Source of the DNA: Paraspadella gotoi
Lineage: Eukaryota; Animalia; Chaetognatha
DNA length: 64,000 nucleotides
Assembly: GCA_051294375.1 (NCBI GenBank)
Contig: CM119268.1
Location: 20,829,869 to 20,893,868, forward strand
Reading direction: 5' to 3'
Shown here: piece by piece, positions 1 to 28,170 of the stretch
Layout: each line of letters opens with the position of its first letter
Numbering within the stretch: position 1 is the stretch's first letter
Notes under the pieces: model-generated
The model's input: the letters and a program-made list of their open reading frames with translations, nothing else
The model's database searches: none
What the model was told of the DNA's origin: nothing
Made by a program: the position numbers and the translations under genes

Positions 1-106
1 AGTTAAATTTAAAAAAAAACAATCCTTTTATTTCTCCTTAAAACTTCCTTTCCACTTTTTCCCTATCATCCCTTCCACCCCCCACCCTGCCCCCCTTCTC
101 CTCCAG

Positions 107-284
107 CACATGGAACCCCTTCCGCAGCACCACCATTCGGATCCTGCGCGCCTCTATCGCTCCCTACGACGACCGCACGGACGACATCGTCTTTGGAGAT
201 CGAACCATTTTCTGTCTCGAGGGCGAAGAAGCTTTCGAACTGACGACGAGCAGATCCGAGTGGAAGACGCTAAGAAAATGTTGA
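107..284 (+). CDS. Terminal exon of an upstream pancreatic-lipase-family gene (paralogue of the 5854-15743 gene); remainder lies outside the window
   Basis: Acceptor ctccag| then C + TWNPFRSTTIRILRASIAPYDDRTDDIVFGDRTIFCLEGEEAFELTTSRSEWKTLRKC*. Aligns with the last exon at 15560-15743 (TWPIWGKSKIRFSRASVAPYDDDVDEVFEEERRVFCLEGEEAFELVDAKDDEWTQLSFCG*) with the same splice phase. AATAAA at 426-431. Confidence 0.85.
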
Positions 285-1001
285 TCGAAGACAGGGGGGA
301 ACTTCAGAGCAGCGGCGGAGCTGCGGAAGATAACCCGGCTGCAGCGCATGCGCACTTTACTGCAAATTGAAATGGCCGTTCGATTTGTTTAAATTAAATT
401 ACTAATCTTATGTAATATGAGTTGTAATAAACGCGATAAATAGAAAATCATTTTTCTTGTTTTTTTTTTGTCAAAATTTTATAGGTTTAGTTAGGCATAG
501 TTTATACATCAAAATTAAGTAACTTTTGGGTCTACACAACAGCTCACTTTCTTGCCTTGTGAAGAGACAGTGANNNNNNNNNNTAAGTAACTTTTGGGTC
601 CACACAACGGCTCACTTTCTTGCCTTGCAACTCAATTGTTTTCTTTTTATCTATGCAAATTTAATGTATGCAAACTAAATTGTCAACTCAGTAAATTTTA
701 ATATCACGCAACTTTGAAATTTTCGAATACGATTTTCTTGATCTGAAAAATTCTCTCCGCTTTCCGCCTTCTTCTCTGCCCTTCCGATTATCGACGCCTC
801 CTACTCGTCCTCAGCGCCCTCTGAACGAACGCGAAATCTATTGATCACCCGACAGACTGACCGACAAACTGACCAACGACAGACTGACCGACAAACTGCC
901 CAACGGACCGACCAATCGACCAACCGAACAACAAACCGCCAATCTGTACCCTCTCCTTCTTCTTTTCTTCCCCATTTTCCCATCCCATCTCTTCCTATCC
1001 C

Positions 1002-1302
1002 NNNNNNNNNNNNNNNNNNNNNNNNNNNNNNNNNNNNNNNNNNNNNNNNNNNNNNNNNNNNNNNNNNNNNNNNNNNNNNNNNNNNNNNNNNNNNNNNNNN
1101 NNNNNNNNNNNNNNNNNNNNNNNNNNNNNNNNNNNNNNNNNNNNNNNNNNNNNNNNNNNNNNNNNNNNNNNNNNNNNNNNNNNNNNNNNNNNNNNNNNNN
1201 NNNNNNNNNNNNNNNNNNNNNNNNNNNNNNNNNNNNNNNNNNNNNNNNNNNNNNNNNNNNNNNNNNNNNNNNNNNNNNNNNNNNNNNNNNNNNNNNNNNN
1301 NN
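1002..1302. other. Assembly gap (301 N); other gaps at 574-583 (10 N) and at 27588-27612, 30193-30217, 40510-40534 (25 N each)
   Basis: N runs counted directly. Confidence 0.99.
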
Positions 1303-2021
1303 TCTCTCTCTCTCTCTCTCTCCTCATGCAAGACTGACACTTGAGCTCCGTCCGAACGATTCCTGACGTAAAAGGCGGAAGAAACACGATTAATTAGGTA
1401 CATATATTTTTACTTTTATATATTTTTACTTTTATATATTTTTTACTAGTATCGGCAAACCACAACTTTTAAAGTGGATACATTTGACTGAATACGTTTA
1501 TTACGAAATTGGCGCAACGAATATAATAAATTATCTATTCATTTAATAAATAAGCTATCTTGCCCTTGACTTTGGACTTATAGTGGAATACAAGATATTA
1601 AACCAAGACCCTGCAAGCTTTCAATGAAGACTCCCACGCAGTCCACAATACTTTTCTTTAGATAATAAATTAGGGGAAATTCTCGCTTGCCAAGCAGCTT
1701 ATGTTGTCTTTGTACCTTTATTTACATAACGCAAGCAAATCTCTGCAGTTCTTTAGCTTGTCCCTGCTTGTTTCCTGTTTCCATGTCCGTACGTGAGTAC
1801 CGTCCAATCGGTCCGTCCGTCCGTCAAAACCTCCAAATTTTTTTGGAAATTCTTCTCCCCTAATTTCGTTTCTACGAAGAATCTTCTTAGTTGACCGTCG
1901 CTGAACTTTTGATTGCTTCGATCTTTCTTTTTGATTGCATCAATCTTTGCTTGCATCGATTGCAATCAGGAGAAACCTCGTCGCTCATCATTTATTCTCC
2001 GACACGACATTTACGACATGG

Positions 2022-2058
<37 letters not shown>

Positions 2059-2697
2059 TAACGAGGACGAGGGTAACGACGACGACGACGACAACGACGA
2101 CGACGACAACGACAATGGTATTAGCGATTGTTATGATGACGTTAACTTCAGAGATGACGAAGCGTCGCTTATGGCTTCTCTATATAAAAGGCTAAAAAAC
2201 CTTTGTACGTACAAGTATTTTATGTTATATTACTATAAAAATAATGTCAAAATAACGCTAAAATTCTGACCAAAATTTTTTACGACGACGATGACAAATG
2301 TATATCGGCAACGAAATACGAATCCGAAAACGCGACGACAACAACAACAACAACACGACGACGACGACGACAACAACGACGACGACAATAGAGAACTCAA
2401 GCACGAAATGATTGTAACGTGAGACTTTTTGTCGAACAAGACTGAGATTAAGGGGAGGGAGGAGAGAAAGAGAGAGAAGAGAGAGAGAGGAGAAGAGAGA
2501 GGAAGAGAGAGAGAGAAGAGAGGAGAGAAGAGAAGAGAGAGAGAGAGAGAGAAAAGAAGGGAAGGAGAGAGAGAGGGAGGGAAAAAAAGGAGAAAACCAA
2601 TGATCTCTTGGATCGAGGTTGAATTATGAGCGATGATGCGATGAGGAAAGCCCGCCTTGGGGAATTGCTGGGAGGAAGAGAGAGAAAGAGAGGGAGA

Positions 2698-2787
<90 letters not shown>

Positions 2788-2953
2788 CGTTTCATGACGT
2801 TTCATAAAAGTAAACAACGGAAACAACAATGTCAAACGTTACATCAGTTGAAACAACAACAAAAATTAAGAGATTTTATTTGAAAAACAGATTTTTGTGG
2901 GAAAGAGAAACGATAGGAATCGTCAATGACAATGGTGACACCGAAGGAGAGAG

Positions 2954-3011
<58 letters not shown>

Positions 3012-3916
3012 GAGAGAGAGTTTTGGCGATATTTCTTCTAGATCCGATTTGATTCGATAGTTTATGTTTTTTCCGATTGCAGAAAACATGACTCTGGTTT
3101 TTGCTAAACATTCACTGAAGTATATCACATAACATGTAGTAACAATATAAGAGAGTTATGCTTGGAAACCATTTCTTAGTGACATTTTTCCACTTAAAAG
3201 GAGAAAGTGAAAAAGGGGATGGAAACTTGATAAAAGGCTTGTGAAATATCTTTTTGTATTTTCCGCTCGCGACGTCAAGCGTTCGAGGCGTCGTCAGTCC
3301 CTTGCGAGTTTAACGTAGGCTCTTCATGAATCTTTGCTGAATCATGAGGAAATTGAATGAATGCAAAGTGGCGATGAAGGTTTAAAAACTTTATTTGAAT
3401 TAAAAATCCCGTGAAACTCAAGTTGAGGACTGGCGATGCTACTTTTATAAATCCAGAAAAACGAACGAAATATTTCTCTTGAGTCTCGCCAAAGTATGAC
3501 AAAAATATTCGACAAATAACCAGAAAACGATTTGGCCGAACACGTGAGGACAAATAATTATGGTAAAAAAATATTGTGTATATTGTGTATTTCGAAAAAT
3601 AAGATTTCGGCTGAGAGGAAAAGAGTTACTGAGACGAGCCATAATAGTTTACAAGGCTCTTACCAATGGTAAGTCGCCTCAGCTTTCTTTTAATGATAAT
3701 TTCTTTGTTTTCACCGCGACGTAATTTACCAAGCAATCATCAATGCACCAATCACCTGACACACCTGACATAGTGAACCAATCACCGCTTGTCGTTTAAA
3801 AAGCCGAGATTATTTTTTTCTCGAGAAAAGAAAAAAAATCGTGCAATTACGAGATTGTGACAAAAGGTTTTGTTCTGAGTTGACGTCTCTTGATTTCCTT
3901 ACTCTGACCATTGACG

Positions 3917-4008
<92 letters not shown>

Positions 4009-4711
4009 TTTCTCTTATTTCTTATCCATTTTCTTCCCTTTGTCATCTTTTTCACTTATCTTCCCTCCCTTCATCCTTATCTCTCTGTCTCCTCCTCCTT
4101 TCCGCCCTCTCTCTTCCCTTTGATCCCCCCCCCCTCTTTTCCCTCTTCTCTCTCTCCCTCCCCTTTCACTTTCCTCCCTTCCTCCTCCTTTTCCACCCCC
4201 CTCTCCCCCCCCCACCTCTTTTCCCTCTCTCCTCTCTCCTCCTCTTTCTTTCCTCCCTTCCTTCCCTCCCCCCCAACAATATCCTCTTTTCCCTCTCTCC
4301 TCTCTCCTCCCCTTTCCTTTCCTCCCTTCCTCCTCCTCTTCCACCCCCCTCTCCCCCCAACAATCTCCTCATCGCGGAAAATTAATTTTCACGACTCATC
4401 ATCGTCGCCTCCTCCTCCTCCTCCTTCCTCCTCCTCCTCCTCCTCTTCGGCACCGAAGGACAAAAGCGACGAGAGAGAAAGAATGAACCGGGTAGTGGGT
4501 GGTGAGTGGTGAGTGGTGGTTTTGTGGTGAGTGGTTTAGTGGTCGGTGAATTTATTTGGAGGCGAATGAATTTTATTTGAAGGGAATAATGAACCAGAGG
4601 AGGAAATGTGTGGAATCGTGCGGAACTTTGTTGGAGTCACTTTGAGGCGGCTAGAGTTGGAGTCGGGCATTGCCTAGGTTCACCCCGCCTATAAGCGTCA
4701 CACCTTCCGTC

Positions 4712-4800
4712 GTGACCCGGTGGCTCATAGTGTAAAGCCATCAGCTCATGACCCCTACCTACCGGGTTCAATCCCAACTCGTGGTCATGAGCTGAAGCGT
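4712..4800 (+). mobile_element. tRNA-derived SINE-like head
   Basis: A-box-like TGGCTCATAGTG (4721-4732), B-box GGTTCAATCCC (4765-4775), GTGACC/GGTCAT acceptor-like pairing. The cloverleaf is imperfect. Confidence 0.5.
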
Positions 4801-5853
4801 TAAAAATGGGTCAAATCAAGTCCGTACTGCTGATGGCAGACATTTTGACAGATGGATCCTCTTACCTCTTTTTCTCAACCTCATTGTCTTAACGCCGATC
4901 GTTAATCTGCGTTGACGATTGTAAAAACCATTTTAAAAATGTGATTATAAACAATGGTAACGTTTTCTATTAATTACTATGTAAATCACGATTTGAAAAA
5001 AATACGTAAGAATACAAAACTTGTTATACGTAAGTATGTTTAAATCGTACTTATTTTCAAATGAAGCTTTTCTGCCCGTTGTGAGCCGCACAGGTGCCGT
5101 CGACGCGCGAAACCAAAATGAAAAGTGACTCTGTCCCCGAAAACCGAGCGAGTCGAGATCGAGAGAGAATCACAACTGGTTTATTTCCCTGTGAATCCTT
5201 CATCTTGTGATCTTTCGATCGATAGAATACAGTGAATCGTGAATACAGTGGAGAACGTTTTTTCTTTGTTCTAGCTTAATGAGAAAGGAAGTTCAAATGA
5301 GCAATAGTTCGGCTATAAATTAATATTTAGCTCAAGAGAGACTAATTTAGTATTTTTAACGAAAATGGGACCTTTATTTAATACATCGAGTGACAAAACA
5401 GAGAAAAAACTGAGACCGCGCGAACTTAAGTCGACGCATGGAATGCGTCAAACCACTGCGTCACACGACTACGTCACACGACTATGTCACATGATTGCGT
5501 CACTTATCATTTGTCTAATCTCTTGCTCCATTCTAGCGCCAAGTCACCTGGTAAAATGCACAAACTCGGCCCCGTATTTAAAGAACGGCTCGATCTTCCA
5601 AGCGGCAAATGTTGATTCCGAATTTTGAAACTAAGATTAAAAACCAAAATTCCTACCAAACTTATTTCAAAATAAAGAATCGGACAAACAACAACAAAAA
5701 TTAAAGAACCGTTTCACTCTTATAAAAAATCCAATAAAATCGAAAAAAAAACATCAGCGCAAAAAAAAAATTTAAAAATAATATAAAAAAAAATCGGGGA
5801 AAGAAAAAAAAAAAAGAATAAACAGAAGTTAAAATCGTCGAAGCGTAAAAAAA

Positions 5854-15743
<9,890 letters not shown>

Positions 15744-16515
15744 AGTCGACGGGGTTGTTGAAGGGGTCTTGGGATGTTGAAGAGGGAATTTGAAGATCGG
15801 AGACGATCGTCGACCCATAAAATGTGATTCATTGTTGTTGTTGTTGTTGTTCGGTTCGTTGGACAACCGATTGCCTCTTGTTCCAATTTCGATCATTAGT
15901 TTACTTTTCTTAATTATGTTTTCATGCGATTTAATTTATATATTTATAATCAAACAATGGAGAAGTACTTGAAGCTCGAATTTTAAAATAAATTTCTTAA
16001 AACTTAATTTTTAAATACAGTTTTGCTAATTATTTGATTAACCCTCTGAAAATTTTCCCGGAGTGAGTAGTCATTTTAAGCTAATGAAACAGTTGACTAA
16101 TTTTATACCACTTCATTGATAGAGAAGCCGGCTGCTCTGGGAGTAAATATACTATACTGAGAGAAAGTATTGATCGAAACCTGCTATGTCATCATATTGT
16201 AATGTGATAGAGGCCTTAATTCAACAAAGTCATGGCAAGATAACTTATTTAGTTAATATTATTTCATAGTGGTTTCTTGAGAGAAAGGAGGCTACATTTT
16301 GACAAGAGAAAAAAGAAGAGTCGATTGAATTTCTCTCTAAATTCTAATTTAAAAAAAAAAACATTTGAAACTCGCGATTGTCCAATCGTTTAATAATAAA
16401 TATATATATAGTGAATTACATGACCTAATCGCAGTTTAATAGTTAGGGGAAAAATAAAAGATATTAATTTACTTACACTAAAAAAACTTTATATAAGCCA
16501 GCGTGGATTCGATCG

Positions 16516-21255
<4,740 letters not shown>

Positions 21256-21880
21256 CGTAGGAGGTGGTAAGTTGATGAGATGATGAGAAGATGAGGTGGT
21301 GAGATGATGAGGTGGTGAGATGATGAAGTGGTGAGATGATGAGAATATGAGGGAGACCAATTTCTGAGAAATCTTAGTATTTTTTTAGAATGAGAAGTGA
21401 ATCAGAGAATCGATTCACGTTTTATCGATTGATCGCAGTGAGAAATTCTGATTCCCCATCTGTGAAGGCTCAGCGTGTGACATCGCATCAGCCATTATGG
21501 TCGTTTTTCGTTGTTGTCGTTTTTATTTTGATTTTGGTTTAAGCAAGAGGCCACAGGTTTTAGCGAGAGATCGTTATCGGATGAAGTGGCCTTTGATTTG
21601 ATTTGATTTTTCACTTATTTTTTCTGTTTTGTCACGAAAATCATTTCATTTTTCTTAAAAATAAAATATTTAAAAAGAAAAAAGAAAAAAGAAACTAATA
21701 GAGAGAGAAACAAAAAGGAGGTATTTTTGACAGAAAAAGTGTTTTATGATAAAATAATTTCTATATTTTGTCACTAGACCGCTGCTCGTTAAACCTTATC
21801 TGTCTAAACTTTTTCGAAAACGGTAAGCCGCGTTGGAAAAAGCGCTCTCTTTCTAATCTGGGCGGTGAAATAGCGGTCGA

Positions 21881-22017
<137 letters not shown>

Positions 22018-22292
22018 CCTCCTCTATATCTCTCGTGATTGTGCCTCTGGGACCGATTTCTCGAGAAAATACTAAACCTACGCAAAGTCTTGACTAGAAA
22101 AAAATAGGTTTGGGTGATTTGTTCACTTCTTCTGTTTCTATCTCTCTTTTAGTTCACATTGGTGAAAGCTATTTGTTTGCTTGATCTTGTCAATTTGATT
22201 GTGAATTCTTAAGAGATTTACGAGATTTGCACTTTAAACTTTTGACCTTTTTTGGAATCTTATTTTTAGCATAATTTTGGCGGGGCTGTATT

Positions 22293-22415
<123 letters not shown>

Positions 22416-22729
22416 GTCCCGTCATACCTCATGACTCTTGATCCAATTCGCTAGAGTTGAGCTCGAGGAAGGTCCCCGGCCATTAGGGCCCGCCGAGTGC
22501 CAAAACATCTTTTTTACCGTGCTTTAATTTCTGATCGTTAATTTTAAATCTTTACTTTTGAGTTAAAATCAAACAAATGTATCTTTATCTTCGGTAAACT
22601 GGGTCAAAATTGACTTCGACGATCGCTTGATTTATCATTTAATTAAATTTAGCCTTTTTCCCAAAGGTTCCCTTTTTCAAGCTAAATTTAGAATTAAAGT
22701 TAGTTTTTAATTTTATACTTTAAATAAAA

Positions 22730-23060
22730 GGTTTAGGATGAATATTGGTTTAGTGTTAAGTAGCTAGGGGTTAGGAAAGAGATTGGGTTTAGGATTAGAG
22801 TTAAGGGTTTGGGTTTATGGTTAGGGTTTAGGGTTAAAGGTTTGAGTTTAGGGTTAGCGTTAGGTTTAAGGGTTTAGGTTCGGGTTTATGGTTAGGGTTA
22901 AGGGTTTGGGTTAGGGTTAAGGATTAAGGGTTAAGGGTTAAGGGTTAAGGGTTAAGGGTTAAGGGTTAGGGTTAGGGTTAAGGATTTGGGTTAAGAGTTT
23001 GGGTTAAGGGTTTGAGTTTAGGGTTAGGATTAGGCTAAGGGACTAAGGTTAGGGATTTGG
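22730..23060 (+). repeat. Degenerate interstitial telomere-like array (TTAGGG/TTAAGGG/TTTGGG)
   Basis: Runs such as ggttaagggttaagggttaagggttagggttagggtta. Confidence 0.85.
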
Positions 23061-24263
23061 TCTAAAAATAAGTGTTTAACGATTAAAATTAGAGTTTATG
23101 GTTACATAATAAGATAAGGGATTCAAATTAAAGAATCGGTTAAATATATTTGTTAAGAAATAAAAGTAAAGTATTTGTGTTAAAAATAGTAAACTGCAAT
23201 GGGGGCTTTCGGAAAACTGTGCCATTCTTTTAATAATTAAAAAAATCGTAAGGACTTTTTGAATAATTGACTTACGTTTAAATGTCTTCCAATGAAATAC
23301 GAAACCTAATATGGAAACTTAGAAGCAGAATAACCTCTTGTCTTACAACATCTCCTTTCTTCAGAAAGAACTCTCCTTTTACTCACCCATTACGCCGCTG
23401 CACTTTACAACCATCATCTTCACCATCACCAACACCAACACCATCACCAACACCATAACCTTCACCTTCACCTTCACCAACACCATTACCAACACCAACA
23501 CCAACACCATAACCTTCACCATCACTATCACCTTCATAATCACCCTCACATCCCCATCACCTTCACCATCACCCTCACCATCACCCGCATTTCCTCTTCC
23601 TTCAAAACGTTGCTTCCGAAAATTATGCACCTGTCTAAGAGGAGGCGATCCTTAAGCACCTCCTTGTCAGAGCCTCACCTTTTCTCACATACCTCACGGA
23701 AGGCCTGACCTCAGAATTCACGAGGATACAACAACCTTCGTCTTCACACGTCGTCGTCGTCGTCGTCGTCGTCGACGTCAGAGTCGGCTTCATCCTAACT
23801 CTTCATACTTTATAGATTTTGAAAATTTGAAAATCTTGTAATGTTATTTTTTTCATTCATCTTTTTAGCTTTATCAGAATCCGCTTTTTAAAAATTCTAA
23901 ATAATAAAAAAAAATTATAGGATTTATAGCAATGCGATAAACTTTAAATTCTTCTATCTCATTAACTATACATCAAATATTCAGCTTTGTTAAAATTTCG
24001 TTATCTCTCGGGGATTCTCTATCGTTTTTCATATTACAGAACTCTTAGTTTTGACCGTGTTCCGCCTCGTTATACATCTCCCTTTCTAATAGTCAATTTC
24101 CATTTCTCTAGATAATTTTGACTCACTGGCAAACTACGGTTACAACTCAACCACCCCCCTTTCCGCCCCCCACCCCCCCTCTCCGTTCCTCCCGCGTTTC
24201 GACCCGGAACTAACAACCTAATCGGTTCTTTCCTTTTTCACTCTTCCACTCTTTTTATGTACA

Positions 24264-24422
24264 TGTGTAGTCGGGCATTGCAATGTAGTGCAGTCGGACA
24301 TTGCAATGTAGTATAGTCGGGCAGTGTATTAGGAAATTGCAATGTAGTGTAGTCGGGCATTGCAATGTAGTGTAGTCGGACATTGCAATGTAGTGTAGTC
24401 GGGCAGTGGAGTCGGGCAGTAT
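24264..24422 (+). repeat. 23-bp minisatellite
   Basis: tgcaatgtagtgtagtcgggcat variants. Confidence 0.85.
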
Positions 24423-24509
24423 AATCAGTCCATCAATCAACCACCTATTCCTTTCCTTAAGGCTTATTCAACCTTTTTATATTGTTTATAATCAAAACAT
24501 AAATCATAT

Positions 24510-24660
24510 AAGCTTGCAGGGACCTGCTATGTCATTATCTCATAAGAGTGATGGAGGCTTTAAACCACCAAAGCCTGTCCAAAGTCAGGGGCAAGATAGC
24601 TTATTTATTAAATGAATGGATCATTTTTATATTGGTTGATCTTGTACCAATTTCATAAAA
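24510..24660 (+). repeat. Interspersed ~150 bp repeat family; other copies at 1501-1635 (-), 16180-16270, 20845-20955, 54770-54876
   Basis: Shared core aagcttgcagggacctgctatgtcattatct...gtccaaagtcaggggcaagatagcttatttattaaatgaat...gtaccaatttcataaa, present in part or whole in each copy. Confidence 0.8.
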
Positions 24661-25419
24661 CCTTCTAACCTCCTTTTATTTTTCAAAAACAACCCCTTTT
24701 TTTGGCAAAATTTTCAAAATACGTCCCATTTCAGCTTAAATTTAAAAATTTAATTAAATGTTAAAGATTAAGTTGAAGTTTGATTTAGGATTTGGTTATC
24801 GATTAGGGATTAATAAGTTGAAATTATTTTAAGGGATCAGCAACAGAACCTCTCGGAAAATATAGCCTGTGTTTTTTACCAAGAAATATTTTGCTATTTC
24901 CTTATTTCCCATTTTATTTTATTCCTTCCTCCTTTTTCATTTTGCTAATTTCCATCCGCACATAATTTTTCGTATCTGGTTATAATGTGATATTTGACCT
25001 CAATAATTAATTGTTCTCAATGCTCACCGCTTCTTCACCCCATCTGTTCAACACCCCATCTCCTCCTTACCCCATCTCTTCACCACCCAATTTCTTCCAT
25101 CACCCCATCTCTCCCTCACCCATCTCTTCACCACACCCATCTTCCCTTCACCCCATTCTGTTCAACACCCCATCTCCTCCTAACGCCACTCTATCCACCA
25201 CCCCATCTTTTCCCTCACCCATCGTCTCACCACCCATTCTCTCCTTCACCCCCATCTCTCCCTCACCCCATCTCTTCACCACCACCATCTTTCCCTCACC
25301 CCCATCGTTCAAACCCATCTCCTCCTTACCCCATCTCTTCACCACCACCATTTCTCCATCACCCCATCTCTCCCTCACCCATCTCTTCACTCCACCCGGT
25401 TGATTCAGCGGATTATGTT

Positions 25420-26710
25420 GGGACGGTCGGATACGGACTGAATCGGGAGCTCTTGCCGTGCACGGGCTTGCTCACCTCGCAGTTCATCTTCAACAAACGC
25501 AATACATCCACATCCTTACCAATGGGGCTGAGAGCGGAGACGCAATGGCGTCTATCGGACACTCGGTCAACTTCATATTCTTACTTCCATTCTCCTCCTT
25601 ACACCCCATCTCTCCCTCACCTCTCTTCACGCACCCTCCGAGCTCTGAGTGCTCTGTGTCCTGCGAACCATCTTTCCCTCACCACCATCTCTCCTTCTTT
25701 ACAACTTACAGCTCTGCCATCCGGTCGACTCTCAGTCTCTTCTCTCCCTCAACATCAGCCCGACTGAGAGCCGCAGATGCCAGGCGGACGAGCCGGAAGT
25801 GTGGCTTCCGCCAGTTTGCGTGACGCCTGACAGGGGACAGATTGCTTGGTTATCATTGCCTTTCCCGCCTTCCCTTCGCGAGATTTATTGCTTAACTCCG
25901 GGCCATTCAGAAACGGTTTTTGTCCTTCACAATCTCTCTCATTGACACGGTGTGAGTGCAGAGGAAGATCCAGAGCAAAGCATCCCTATTGAGGGTGCTT
26001 GTTGACTCGCAAGCACAGTCGTATCACCGCCACATCGCGTTATTGACATGTCTGCGTCTCCAAGGGTAATGCGAACCACGCGGATTTAATTCAACACTCT
26101 ACCATTTCCATTATCGATCCTTCTCCCAGCACCTTGTCTCGCTATACCTAGACTTCTGGTGGCTCGTGGTTGCCTCTCAAATCGGCTCCGGCGGGGCTCT
26201 TCCGCGAACGCCGAACGACTTTAACCTCTTCAAGCTCGGAGGGTGTGTGACCCAGCGTGATAGAGGGCGCACATATCCTAAGGTCCTTGAGCTTCCAATG
26301 TTTTGAGAGAGTTCTAGTCCGTGGCAGAGACAGAAAATTCCCTCGTCCAATATTATATACGTTCTATCATTTCATATCCCACATAGCTCTACTCTACCGT
26401 AAAAAATGAAGGAAAAATCCTTTTGCTCCTCCGATTTTTAAACCACCACCCCAGAGCCCATGGCCGTTCAACGATGTGCTTCCTGGATGGAAGATCATTG
26501 GGGCTGATTTCTGTGTCTGGGAAACTCGCCGGACACGAATTGCGTCGCCGCAAACCGCGAAAGAGAACGAACCTTTCTCTCAGAATACCATTCGTGTGAG
26601 CCTTCCCGTCGAATCGGCCTCCGTATCTCTTTTTCTCTCTTCTTCCGTGCGAATTCGTTTGAAGGGAAAGACTTTTTCGCCGAAAAATAAATCTTTTTTA
26701 TTTGAGGGGG
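25420..26710 (-). pseudogene. Indel-riddled copy of the 57455-58675 secreted-protein locus including introns (uncorrected read or decayed duplicate)
   Basis: Collinear anchors: tctgtgtcctgcgaa (25653 vs 57999), gattgcttggttatcattgc (25840 vs 58144), aggtccttgagcttc (26281 vs 58450), cctggatggaagatcattg (26482 vs 58580), tttttcgccgaaaa (26673 vs 58731). No intact frame. Confidence 0.75.
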
Positions 26711-26809
26711 GGGAGTGGTCTACATCCTCGTCGCCTGCTCGGCTGCGGGTCTGGGTCTCTCTCGTCTTCGGTCTCTCTGCGTCGTGCGTCTCTCTCTTTC
26801 TGCTCTCTC

Positions 26810-26932
26810 TCTGCTCTCCAATTTTCGCCCCGCCGTCGAAGAATCATTTGCCGAGCGCGAGAGATCCTTCGTTTGCTTCATTATGAGACGTTCGAGACGG
26901 TCGGAGAGAGACGGAGAGGAGAGGGAGAGGGA

Positions 26933-26969
<37 letters not shown>

Positions 26970-27555
26970 AGAAGGGCGGCGGGAGAGGAACGAGGGGAGA
27001 GGGATGAGGGGAGAGGAGAGAGAGAGAAAATGTGAGAGAAACCGGGAATTGTATGGCGTTTGGGATGAGATTAGCAAAAACGCTTATTTCAGTTAATACA
27101 ATGCAATACAATGCAATGTTACAGTACAATACATTTTATTTTGAAATAAAATGAAAAAAACAGTTGTTGTTTTTGTTTTTTTTTAAATTAAAAAGAGCTA
27201 AGAGATGCCTCTTTTATTCTTCTACATTATCCATTCGATATAATACCAAGAACTTACTTCATCTCCGGCTGAATATTTATTTATTTAAAGAAAAAAAATG
27301 CTGAAATAACTTTTTTTGTGGTTTGATTAACAAAAATATTACACTCAGTTTACATCTATAAATAGGATTTCCTAAATAATATTAGTAAAAAATATTTATA
27401 TTTTGACCGTAAATTCCCTCTCATTCTCGCCTTCGATATCTCGCTGATAAAGGACTGTACGCTTAAAGGTCGAAGAAAACAGAAACGATAGTTCAGATGT
27501 CCTTGCTCTCCCGCGCGCGAAAGAGAGAGATATACAGAGAGACAGACAGAGAGAT

Positions 27556-27587
<32 letters not shown>

Positions 27588-28135
27588 NNNNNNNNNNNNN
27601 NNNNNNNNNNNNCCCATCTCCCCTCACCCCCATCCTCTTCACCACCCCATCTTTCACTCACACCATCTGTTATTCAACACCCCATCCTCTTACCCCATCT
27701 CTTCACCACCCAATTTCCTCCATCACCCCATCTCTCCCTCATCACGCCCATCTCTCTAACCACTCCCCCATCTTTCCCCACCCATCCCTCTTCAACCACA
27801 CCATCCCTCCAATACCCCATCTCTCACAAACCCCCATCTCTCCTTCACCCCATCTTCTCCCTCACCCCATCTCTTCACCCATCCCATCTTTCCCTTCACC
27901 CCATCTCTTCACCACCCATCTTCCCTCCCCCATCTCTCCCTCACCCCAATCTCTCCCTCACCCCATCTCTCCCTCACCCCATCTCTCCCTCAACCCTCCC
28001 CATTCGACCCACGTGTTAGTTCTCTCTCCAGACCGCTCGGAACGGCCCCAGACATGCTGGATGGCCATAAAGAGGATTTTCCAGGGATCGCTTCTCTTCT
28101 TCTCCCATCTCCTCTCTCCTTCCTTTCTCTATCTC

Positions 28136-28170
<35 letters not shown>

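Noticed and set aside
516-628. ~45-bp direct repeat
   Set aside because: It flanks a 10-N gap, so it is most likely an unmerged contig overlap.
1913-4512. ORFs rich in D/T, RE, SL, KERK or PS
   Set aside because: Translations of (GAC)n, (AG)n, (TTTC)n and C/T-rich microsatellites; open in several frames with no domain motifs.
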